Below, in pieces: positions 35,203 through 47,119 of a DNA stretch of 52,369 nt. The stretch is from Phoronis australis (lineage: Eukaryota; Animalia; Phoronida). The notes beneath the pieces are model-generated. The model worked only from the letters and a program-made list of their open reading frames with translations. It had not been told where the DNA came from and did no database searches. Location: the NCBI GenBank assembly GCA_002633005.1, contig NMRA01000424.1:319999-372367 (forward strand), in the 5' to 3' direction. The translations under genes and the position numbers were made by a program. Each line of letters opens with the position of its first letter. The first letter of the stretch is position 1.

Positions 35203-38200
35203 AAAGTTCTAACTTTGTTTTGATATTTGTTCGAAGTTAGCCAATTTTATTAACGTAACACTTCTTATAAAAACAGAGTCTGTAACCTATGCCGGGGTTT
35301 CTAGATGCACAAAAGCTGAAATAAACTTCGTGCCTCTGAAAATGTAAAACAATGTTTAGCGATCATGTAATGACACGTGTTAGAGCAGACGATTGGCAAG
35401 GACAAATATTTTGTGTGCCATCGCGTGATACTTGTACTGTTGGACTGAAATAAGATAGAAATAAATAAACACCTTGTCTCTAATGAACGACTCCCTAAAA
35501 TAGACTAGGTCAAAGGTGAGTGAGAGCATCATTCAATGTTGAACATATGACCTTATTGTCTGTCCCAAATTCTGGATTCCTTCAGTGTACCTGTGGGATC
35601 ACAACAGGTGTAGGTTTCTCTACAGTTTTGTATCTTGAGATATTTCTGTGTCAGTAGAGCAACATGTTTGTTATTTCCTACTTTGGTGCCGCACTGTGTA
35701 AACGCTTTATTTCTTTCTTTGGTGCAAAGGTCATTGATCATCAAAATTGTAACTCCTTGAGGAATTTTTAGCTAGACTTTCCACGTTTTTACACGAAAAA
35801 CCAAACGTCATCTCCAATCATGATGTTTTTTGTCTAAAATAATAACCAGATATCCGCCATTGCCTTAGAGTAAGTTATAATCCGGTTTGTATTGTTGTTC
35901 ATCAAAGAGGTAATCAACTGAATCCGATTAACTTTTATTGCACCTGCAAAGATGTAGAAATATGTATCGCAAAATACTGAAACAGAAACTCATTAAACTG
36001 AATTATGCAAAATGAGTGTAACTGAAAGTGACGCAGAAATCTCTACACAACTGTACACACTCTAAACATCACCGAAAATTAATAAAACATTTTTGAACTT
36101 AGTTTTGGACGTTATACTTGAACTTGATACGAGATACACCATCACTTACCTGCAAAACTCCTGCATTGACATTTGATACGCATCTTAAGAAAACGCATTT
36201 CCAAATTGAATGCATGTATACAGTTTTGAAAGTGTACTATGCCAGTAAGTGCTTGAGAGCGTAGCTGGGAATTATTTAGAAAATATGTGCAGTCTTCAAT
36301 TTTTTTCTTATACAAAAAGTCCAAAATAAGTTACGAGTGACATCTCTCGTTGAACTACGTCCATGCATTTGTATATATTTTTCATATTTCAAAGGAACCT
36401 TAGTACATCTGTGTTAAATACACAACTCGCGAGTTCACCGTTCACATTCCTTGGTAGGACAGTCCTGATTTAGTTGAGCACAGGTTCGGGAATTTTAGTG
36501 GACTCTTTTTGGGACCAATCCCTCGCTTCTGAAAATAGAAATAAGTTAGATAAAAAGAGGAGACATTGTGTGAAAAATATCCTCTTTCTTTACTCGTGAT
36601 TTCAAGTCCCACTGGGTCACACTTTAACTTTTCATAAATTAAGCTCAAAAATGGTTCCAGGTGATCAGTACAATGAGAACACCTAAGTGATATGCGCATG
36701 TCTGACACATTTACGTGTACAAGACCACTTGCAATTATTATTTATTATTATCAAATCAATATTTCTGAGGGAGTATTCTCCATGATTAATATGGCATATA
36801 CGGGTATACGCTGGCGGATTTAGCGCACAGGAAAAGGGAATAATGCAGTGAACATGCCATTTAAACAACATTGTCCCTTGAAAAGCTTTTGTTGCAGCCT
36901 CTCGCGATTCTAGATCCATAATACCCTTTAGAGTAAACAGTGAAGAAGGAAAAGTAATAATATCCACTTTCGGTGATGAATTGTAAAATTGCACTTTCTT
37001 ATTGTTCTCTGTAGAAAATATTTCTACATTTAATTAATGGAAAGATTTGTATGTAATATACAAGGGTTAACATATTTCTTAATCATGTTTTCCTTTTTCA
37101 TAGCTGCTGGTTCCTTAGGTAAGACAAAGAGTGTCTGCTCAACAAATGTTTCCATGGTGGATGTACGGTGCATATGTCAAAATTGCTTGTGAACAAACCT
37201 TATTTTATTTTATCGTTTCGTGGACGTCATTTTCTGGTGTCGTCAAATGAAAAAATAACTAGAACCCACGTGAATTTAATCAATTTTAAAATTTATCTTG
37301 GATAACCAAACATTTAATCAAGAGTGACCCTAATGTTTACTTCACCCTTGAATCAAAAATTATATTATTATTGACCGTAATCTGATCCCGGTGAAACGCT
37401 ATAGACGTAAGCCGTTAACACAGGCACATATTTTCGCCCCCTTGTGGACGATATGTGAGCCTTGGCACCAAATGTGAAGCTACATGTATATTTACGTTGG
37501 AAGGTAGTTTTCTTGCCACGGTGTTTGCCGTATACTACGTGACAGCGTCAGTGGGAATGACCAGAAAACGGATTCTTGGTGTCTTTAAATCAAGCAACTG
37601 TGAAGCAGCGGCGGAATTTCTAAGTGTTGCAGATATTAAAAGGGACATAATGTTGCAAATGTATTGGCACAAAATCACTCGTGTGCCTACTGCTTTAACA
37701 CATCGACGGATGGATTGGTATTTATGCGTAGGGAGGCATATTTTTCGGTTATGAGATTACAGTCTGTGAGTCGTCCATGCTGCTTTGCGACACAAATTTG
37801 CACAACAAACGCTTAACTATTTTTTTAAAGGAACGTAAATAATTACTTCTTGATTTATTTGCGATAAACGTTTCACTTATTGTACATGTATTACATTACA
37901 ATCGATGGACAAACAATGGATAATTTTCGAGTACCACTGTGCAGACAAAGCTTATCACCCGTCACGAAATCATCGCAATTAGAGAATAAACAACTCTCAC
38001 CTTTCAATATATTATCCTGTTGGATTTTAAATTTACTGTCGGAGGTCCTAAAGTCGTGAGTACCCTAATGTCGTTAACGATAATATTTCCGCTTCAGCAC
38101 GGTCCCACGACATCTAGCGTTGAAGTTTCCATCGTTCGTCTGCTTACGAACGCCAAACGAATACCCGAACGTGTTGATATTCACAATAAACAGTGAGTGT

Positions 38201-39012
38201 CTGGCTTCATTTTTCACAGTCTATCTTAAAACAGCATATTTCACTAATCCACATTTCTGTGCATTTTTGAAACTAAACATCGGTCAGATTTGTAATAACA
38301 TGCGCTCCAGTTGTGAATTAAACATTGAATCAAAATGTTCCGGAGTCTATCAAGAATGGTAAAGCCAAAGCAATAAAATACAGAGAGAAAATTGATGCCG
38401 GGTTCTTAAAGTTTTACGTAAAATACCTCTTTGAAAACTTGTTTGCATATCAGTGAAACTGAATTAATAAACAATGCTTTGCGATTTTATGTCGTCTAGA
38501 TTGACTGGAGTTGATTTATGTCGCTTTACAGCGTGTACTTCTGTCTAAACCAAACGGTGTCATTCAAAATGGCCGACGACATGAACTTTACTTACGGAGA
38601 CAAACAAGGGTTAACATTGCACGTTGGTTTCTAAAAGTTCTTTACTGAAATTTTCACTGTGCTTTCATGTACATGTGTACATCATTAAGGACATCCAAAA
38701 TAGTTTCTTGAATTGCAAGTATCAGCAACTGGGTTCTTGCTTGATCATCATACGCAAATGAATAATTCACAGTGACTTGCCAGATTGGGCTTTAGTGCAC
38801 GCTGTCACGCATTTTGAAATCCTCCCTCGTTCAATTACCTGCTAATAGGCTCTAACTTTCCTACATGAAAATGTAGGAACAAGTTGTTATCACTGTTACG
38901 ACAGTTAAGGTCTAACTCAAATGTTACAATTTTTGTGGAAAATGGGCTTTTATATATAGAAATAAATCTGCTATCATCGTTTTCTGGTGTGCATGTGCCC
39001 TTTTATTTACAG

Positions 39013-39086
39013 GTAGCGTTCGAATGATGGTTGTAAGACATTGCTCTCTCGACGGCATCCAAATTCACGCGGGGTCATGCTTGTGA
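39013..39086 (+). pseudogene. Disabled paralog of the MAM terminal exon
   Basis: Strong acceptor cccttttatttacag|, then VAFE**..DIAL(fs)DGIQIHAGSCL* versus VAFEATRGWGPRSDIALDLVQIHTGTSC; two stops, a deletion and a 2-nt frameshift. Confidence 0.75.
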
Positions 39087-40654
39087 TTACCTGACCCCTC
39101 AAAACAGATTGTAGGTCATTAAGAAAAAAATACCATCATTAATTCCCTTAGGTTAATGTTGTCCTTTTGAATTATCAATTTTCACGCATATTTTGAGAAC
39201 CAAATGTACATGTTTCTCACTTCAGGATATTTATTGAACATGTCCTGAAAACATAAATGGATTATTTGGCTCCCGTCCTCAGCTCATTTATGAAGATGAC
39301 AGAACAGGTTAGAGTTCAGTAACTCTAGTACAAGCACCTCGCCACAGAAGAAATACTTCACAAGTTTACGCGAGATATTGCGTGTATTTAATATGGGAAT
39401 ACATGGTTTTGGCTTGATTTTTTACTGCCGCGAGACATTTACTGAACTCTATCTATGTTGGAACTTCCAAAGAATGAGTTTGTTTCACCATAGGAAACGA
39501 CATCTTCGTCGCAGTCACTTTAGGTTTGGATTCCCACAGCATGTACATGTACAGCTGTACGAACCACATATTAATCTAATTTGACGCTGGGACTACCCAG
39601 CGAATTGCTGAACCTTCTCGTGGCAACGACCGACGCAGAATTATCCGAAAATAGATTTTAAAAACAGCATTCGAGTGATAATTTGGTAAATATCCCATTC
39701 TTATTTAATTTGCACGTTTGACGTCAACTGAATGTTTTGATTTTGTTGCGTGGACATGAGCACACGTATCCCGGTTGATAATTCATCAACATACCTACTT
39801 CATATTATTTTAGAAATGCAAAACGAAACTCAACTTTACGTACTTGACAGACATGCGGGCAATTTCTCTTACGCATGAAATCAAAACAACGTGATTTATT
39901 ACCCAGGGATTGTTATCGGAATAGTTGGATATAATAAATTAACTTTTACAAATAAAACTGTAACGATTACAGGTGAGTCTGAAAGTTTAATTTTTTGGAG
40001 TAATGACTTTTCGAAGTAGTGAACCTTCGGGATAGTGGGCTCTTCAATTCTCCGGCAATGTAAGGAATTAGCAACACGCAACAATGCAATCACATGAAAA
40101 CTTACGTCAAGCCGTTATCCAACTAAATATTCCCGTCCGAGTATGTAATGCAGCGTAATCAAACACTTAAACATTGTTTTGACAGTTTTGCAATAGGTTG
40201 CGCCAGAACGTTCTATTTATGGACTAATTACATCCGAATTTGTGTCAGGTTCTTTGCAAGCAACCGTCGTGATGTCCTTCTTGCTGATATCGCAAATCCT
40301 GTCTTAACTCAGTCACTTAGAACTGAGGGTCATCGTTGCAGTGCATACAAGTTTCCCGTCCCCATGTAAAGTCCTTGTCGACATTTGCACAACATCAAAG
40401 TTCCACCTTTGTATTAATTATAACCACCCTCGCCCATCGCTGGCACGGCTCCAGTTTCAGTTTCCCCGACATTTACTTTCCAGCCGTCAAAGCTCACCTG
40501 ATACGCACTGGACTTGGGAGCAATATCAGCAAAATCATGAATAATTCCAAGAGTTATTGACTCATCGACTTTTAATGTATTTAGTAGCTTAGAGTTTGGC
40601 ACGAAAAACTTTGTTTTCGATTCAAATGAGTTTCCGCCAGATTTCATTCCCATA

Positions 40655-40799
40655 CAGTGCTGATCGAATCCAATGTCCTATCGAACGAACTTCAGCCTCA
40701 GTCAGGCCTCGGGTGACCTTCAACCGNCAGTACTGATCGAATCCAACGTCCTATCGAACGAACTTCAGCCTCAGTCAGGCCTCGGGTGACCTTCAACCG
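40655..40799. repeat. 72-bp direct duplication around a single N (probable assembly or haplotype overlap)
   Basis: 40655-40726 and 40728-40799 differ at 2 positions; n at 40727. Confidence 0.85.
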
Positions 40800-43550
40800 G
40801 AGTGAGGTCAGGCTTCGCCCGGACGCGTTCTGAACTCGGTTGGGTTGTGACTCACCCTAAGACTGGCCTAGGTTGGACTCGGTTGGACTGCGGTTATTGA
40901 GTCATTAAATGTCCGGGGGGTTACCCCTGCATATGCTACCACTGACCGCTGAACCTGCACTCATGGCTTGATTTCCTCGCAGGTTTTTGTCAAGGTTGTG
41001 CTTTTGTGTCGAATATGTTTCTTAATTACATTGAGTGCTAGGATTTTCGGGGGAGGAATAAAATTAGACTTGGCATTTGACGACGGGAACGGTCGCAAAA
41101 TTGATGGCGAAAGGTTGAAGGACAGACTGCGAGTGGCATGACTACGGCACCATACAATTCGCAATGGCGAGGGGGGAGGAAAAGACTGCAAGTGGTATGA
41201 ATGCCGCGTGATTCTCTTCGGAGTTCGTGGTATCAATATTAGCTGTGCGGATTTCATTCGATCCAGTGGTGTAGAGGTGATGGTTATTTAACATATTGTG
41301 GACGAGCGACAAATAAATCACGTCTTGACGCTACTGAATGGAAGTGACTCAGAATCTTTTAAAAACTGGAGTATCCCCACAATTTTACAATGCAGTACGT
41401 GACCCCTTGCAGTAGTCCATGGGGCCATTGATAAATTATGCCTCGTTTATAGCTTACTGTTTTGTGTTTATTTTGCCTTTTGGCACCATATTAAAGTTGT
41501 AGACTACCCCGGGTTACACAACAACTGCTTATCAGATTTCGCCGTATAAGTTGCAACTAGTGAAAGTGCCATCAATACGCGGCCGCGTTGTGATTTTATT
41601 TTTACTTACGCACAATGGCGAGGTACAATTGGTGGTTCAGCAATGAGCCCTGAGGCAATCTTCGCACAAAGGAGCTAAGCCAACGCGATCAATACAGGCC
41701 GTGACTGGTCCGTGTGATCTGAAAGAATGTCTCCGTCTTGCTTTCCTTAGCGGCTATACTGAACGATCGTGTTTTGTGTTGGGTCTAGCAGTTAGGTGCA
41801 ATACAGCCACTGACGGAATATACTAATAATTTCACGTACGCTGGTCAAAACACAAAAAATACTGTTTTAATTAGATGAGAAGCCTTGTCTTACCACAAAA
41901 AAATGGTTCGTTCGTTAGTTACTGATATAGTTTCGTGCTGGCAATAATACAAGTACCGGCCATGAGATGTGCCGAAAAATATTATAACCGAGGATTTCAT
42001 AGACTTGTTATAATTAGAGTGCACTTAGAATTGGTCAGTCACCTGCCATTAGTAATTAACCATTACGTATATCTAAGGGAAAATTACATATGTACGAGCC
42101 CGGCCGTTCTGTGGAGGCAGTCGTTCAAATGAGGGCGGATAATGTCATTTTGTGTGCGTCTACAGTAGTTTGTACGCTGAATTAAGATCATTGATCCTCA
42201 GAGTCGTTTGTAAAGAGAGTTGAAGACTTTTGTCGAAGGCATTGCGGGTATGAAACAATGAAAATTTATGTACATGCAAGTTATTTTCACTGTTTATGAT
42301 TATTTCGTCAATTCGTGACATTCTCTATCGTATCTCAAGAATATCCGAAAATTGAATACGCCTTGACAGGCACGTGGGTATGCACTGGACAAAGGTCAAC
42401 TTGCATCTGGCTTTTTCCCCCGAGTCACTGCTTCGTTGTGGGTTAGGTGCTATTAATACTGTACCTCTATTGTGTACTGCATACCGTTCACTCAGCTGAC
42501 CTATACAGCACAGCTAACGGAGGAGAAAGGCAGTTTTCCGGGTTGTAGTTTCGCTCAACGACATGGCAGGCTGTTATTCTCAGAAAGTATTGGCACGTTT
42601 TAATATAGCTAAGTATCTACTGACAGACAGCCCAATTGCTAGGTTCATTTTCAAAATTCATTTCAGTACAGACTCCATTCAGAATTATTTAAGTTTTGGG
42701 GTTTTCTTATGAATTAAAAAAACCGAGGTGCTTCAGAGAGAAAAACATATTCGTGTTTTAAAAGCTTCTGGCGTGATAATTACTAGGACTTGCAATCACC
42801 AATGACAAAAAAGAGAAAAATTTCCCAAGTGATGCATCGTTCCACTAAGACATAGGCTGGTGCGATGTTGTGAAACTTAACTGAATGACAAAAAAGAGGA
42901 AATCACCTTAAAAGGAGGAAAATTCCAAGCCGTGGATAGTATAAAGATATTGCAAGTGAACTTATTCGATGAATGTTCGCCAAATACAAAACTAATCAGT
43001 GAGTGAGAAGCTTGGACTGTGTTGTTTGTGAATCAAGTCAAGACTTAACAATAGAGGCTGGTGACTATAGCATTAAGAATTTAAGCCGCTACAAGTATGA
43101 GAATACCGTGATTATCACTCTCACTAACTCCTGCAGACAATTAACATAACAGAGGATCTATCAAGTCAACTCAAATCTATAGGAAGCAAGGAAACGGAAC
43201 ATGAACGAATGTAATGAAGTAAGAACTAATCCATGAAGAAATGAATAGATGGCTGCAGAATGTTGGCACCCCTTAATAATAGCTAACTTTAAAACTGAAC
43301 ATATACAAAGACATTCCTACAAGCATTGTTACCAGCTTTTCTTAGGTCAACTATCGTTTTGACAGAGTACGTTATGATTGGATAAATTTCTACCCAAGTT
43401 TATTGATAGGGCTTGGAACTAAACGTTTCAGTGAGAGTTGTTTGTGGTACCTAGAACACACGGTGAGGAGTCAATTCCAACCCAACATACTTTATTGATT
43501 CGTTTTTCATCGTAATCGCTGGTTTGAACGCTTTCAACACCACTAGCAAG

Positions 43551-43670
43551 ATGGTATATCGTGTCAAGAGACTGAGCATTGGTTTGCGGCGAAAAATTGC
43601 TACGTTGCACAGCGACGGACTCAGTGCATCACAGATTCAAAATAGACTCATGAAAGAGAACGATGTGAAG
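43551..43670 (+). CDS. Transposase-derived gene exon 1
   Basis: aagATGG start, 40 codons, donor AAG|gtacgt; R.KI..LH..G.S..QI..RL helix pattern. Confidence 0.8.
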
Positions 43671-46600
43671 GTACGTATTTTAAAGATTTAGAGAGTCTGG
43701 TTTTCCGCGAAAACGGACAAAAACAATTCACCAAATCGGACTTCAAATATGGAGTCTGAGGTTTCCGCCGGGGAGAAATTATATTTTCAGTGCTAAATCC
43801 GGAATTCTAAAGTTCTCAGCATTACAGTAACAAAAAAGGTTACAATGCACTAATTCATCAAATCGATGTCTGATACTCATTGTGGACCCCAGTCCATCGA
43901 CAAATGCTTTTCACCCCGCGGACATGCTCAACTAAGAGGTTGTGCATTCATCCGATTGTTGAATGAGGTAGTGCTCTTTTCTGCAGTAGTAAAGCGGGAA
44001 TTGCAAAAATACAAAACGAAAAACAAACAGAATTTCAGGCGAGACGGATTTCTCTGTTTTTGAACAACCGTTTTTGAAAGCCGAAAACCAGGGTCTCAAT
44101 AAAATGAAACAGCACCGCTTGTAAAACGCTTTTTTGAAAGAACAATCTCAAATCTGTAGCTGGTCCTATTTGTAACTACATAGGCCGTTGTGTAGGCCTG
44201 TAATGTATAGTCAATGCGCCTACCGACGTTTGATCCAATCAACCATGCAGACCCGATTCTACTGGTGTGCCCTTCTAGCAGACGGGGATTCAGAATCTTT
44301 CTGGGTGGGTGTAACCAAAATTCTACATTAAACATTGACTGTGAGTTACATGGCTGAGTAAAAATGTACTGGGATGGAGTAAACACCCTTCGACACCCTA
44401 TTCCGCACCTCAGTAGGCAATAACATTTTGCATGCATTTTATTACTGACGTTTTCCCGAAATACAGGTGTATGATTCCTAAAAGCTTTGGAGGGGAACTG
44501 TACAGTATTTTGGATAAATCCTGCCCAGTTTTCTATGATTAATTTCACAAATAATTCAACAACAAAATGTAATCATACAGTTTCTAACAAAACTTAAAAA
44601 TCATGCCTCGACTAATATGTTAGCTAACAGGTGCCAGTGCAAAATGACCAGAACAGCCAATCAAATGCCAAGAAAATTATGTGTCATACCTTTCCATTCC
44701 CAAGTCGTCTGCTTCAGCATTTATCAAACAGCTAGCTGTCCTGCTGGCTTGGCTAACTTGTTTGCAGCTACTGTCTACATGGGATAGTATTAATTCTTGT
44801 TTGGGTGTGCAAGTAATTGTCAATTACCGAGGAGTAAGGGCACTATTCGGATAAAATGAACGCTGATTTAAAGCACAGGCGCTCGAATTTCTCGACGACC
44901 AATAACCATATAATAAGAAACATTTCAAACATTGGACACTATTCTATAAAACTTTGCCGAGCGGAGGCTCCCAACTTCAACTGTCCAAAATTCAAATAAG
45001 ATCTGCGTGCACTTCCCTCAGTATGGTATTGCATAAACTTTCGAAGCCTTATCTTTCCTTGATCCCATTAATTGTCCCCGTGAGTGGTGAATTGGCGACG
45101 GAATTTCCAAAACAATCTCAAAGCTCTGAATTCAAGGACCTAAAATAGTAAACATGGCGGATTTCAGTTGTGCTTCAACTTGTACGCCTGTCGTATGTGA
45201 AACTTCGAGTTTGAACAAGCAAATTACAATTCAAATTCAATAATTCTAATCCAAAACTTAACTGATTTATAATGTTAAAGTTAGAATGTTGATGATTATT
45301 TGTAATTTTATTCCACTGACTGCTCATTTTAGCCCTTAACTTAAAATTTTATTGCATAAACTTGCGTATCTTGATTCTCATCTAGACACCACGCACTTCT
45401 TTGGTTGAGGCACAACACACACTCGGCCAGGAAACGCAGTCCGTGCAAGTATTACAATGGGCGTGGCTGATGAGTTTACTCAATGGCTTTGGCCAAAAGT
45501 GAAACCTTAATAAGAAATCACAGTACACAAAATAACTTCGCATATCAATACAGTATCAGGATAATTTATATTTGACTCAAAAAGCTTAGTAGTTACATTC
45601 ATTTGGCAATGATATTTTTAAAGTGCTCTCAGCCTTCTCATGACCAAGTAGTCGGGGGACTGACGACGAAAGGCGCCCGAAAATAGACTTTCGGATTTAG
45701 CTCGGGAGTGTCCGCCAAAATCCCGGATGTGCGAAGACCGTCTGCCATGACATCACGAAGTAAGGTCCTTGAATTTGTGATTTTGACATTCGTTTGGCAT
45801 TTTTGTAGTCAAATCACCACTCGAAGGCAATTTGAAGAGATCAATTGAAAGAATATATTCTAAGATTTTTTCGATGGTAGTTTGGTGGAGTTCCATGCCC
45901 ATTTGAGAAGAAAATTCTGAGCAAACAGACTGAGTGTCCAACCTTCAAGTAGACGTAGTTTGCGATCGAGGAACAGATAAACTCTAGCGCCTGTGATTTA
46001 GAGAACCAGTTCATCCACTAAATAACATTACCGTTATTCAGGGCAGACTAACGTTCAAAAGTGGAAACCAGCAGGCAGCAGTTAGGAATTGAGGAAAGTC
46101 AAGTCATGTATTTTGACAACAGTCATCATACAGCTAGCTGGCTGGCTAAGTGTCACCATACTGACATACAATTTACATGCCGGCATTTTTAGCACAAGCA
46201 AAACAATATGATCAGTTTATTAACATTTTGTTTCATTTACGTTTTGTAATCAATGTGATCCAGAGATACCTGACTTTAATAAGTTGAATTCGTTTCTGCA
46301 AATACTAAATTTTGAGATTGCAAAAGACGAATCAAGTTTAGATCTGTGGCAACTCTAATTACCTAATTTTAAAGCTGTCTTTGTAAGATGTAATTGTTTC
46401 AAGGTTCTCAGATGTTAGATACAATTTATAATCAGCTAAGGTTTTTTTATTGGCTCAAAATTTGTAATTTCATGGGTGTGACTGACGTACAAACTTGCCG
46501 TAGGTTTCTGACTTAATGAATAATTCTTGGGATCCAAAATTTTGGTCAGTACTATTGAGTAACAAGCTCGAGGAGAAACTGAAATTATTTTAATTTTTAA

Positions 46601-47071
46601 TTCAAACTTTTAACTTAACTAAACTTTTTAGCACTTTTGTGAAAATGTTAGCCTTTGACCCTAAGAGGTCAATGATTTGCCAAAGTTCAAATGTTATGTT
46701 TAATAAAGTTTGGACTTCATGTGATTGCACAAATTTGATAATATAGTGAAATGCCCATATTTGGCTTATTTATGGCAATAATTAGCAACGCACATGAAAA
46801 TCGAGCTAATTTTTAGGGTCAAGTGACCCCCAAAAATGGGGCCGTTTAGGCAAAACATTGAAAGTTATAGGATTGTCAAACATGGATCCTGAAATTAGAG
46901 ACTGGGCTTTAAATGAGACCAGAAATATTAGTATAGTCATAATTTTAATTATTTGTCTTTAGGTGGACTTTTTCACGGAATTGCCCAACTGTTGACAAAG
47001 GATATGATCTACTAGTTGATGCACTATTGTCAGTTTTTTTTACACGCGCACGCTCACACACACACATGCAC

Positions 47072-47119
<48 letters not shown>

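Noticed and set aside
5224-35577. 18-nt exact match CTGTCCCAAATTCTGGAT at 5224-5241 and 35560-35577
   Set aside because: Similarity does not extend convincingly; one such match is plausible by chance in 52 kb of AT-rich DNA.
35553-36263. Cys-containing minus-strand ORFs with a gtaagt donor near 36148
   Set aside because: The joined peptide has no recognisable domain, start or signal peptide.
40655-40799. Tandem 72-bp repeat as a biological array
   Set aside because: Two copies separated by a single N, typical of an unmerged contig or haplotype overlap.
42780-43260. Purine-rich stretch that looks like decayed coding sequence
   Set aside because: Multiple stops in all frames and no motif I can name with confidence.
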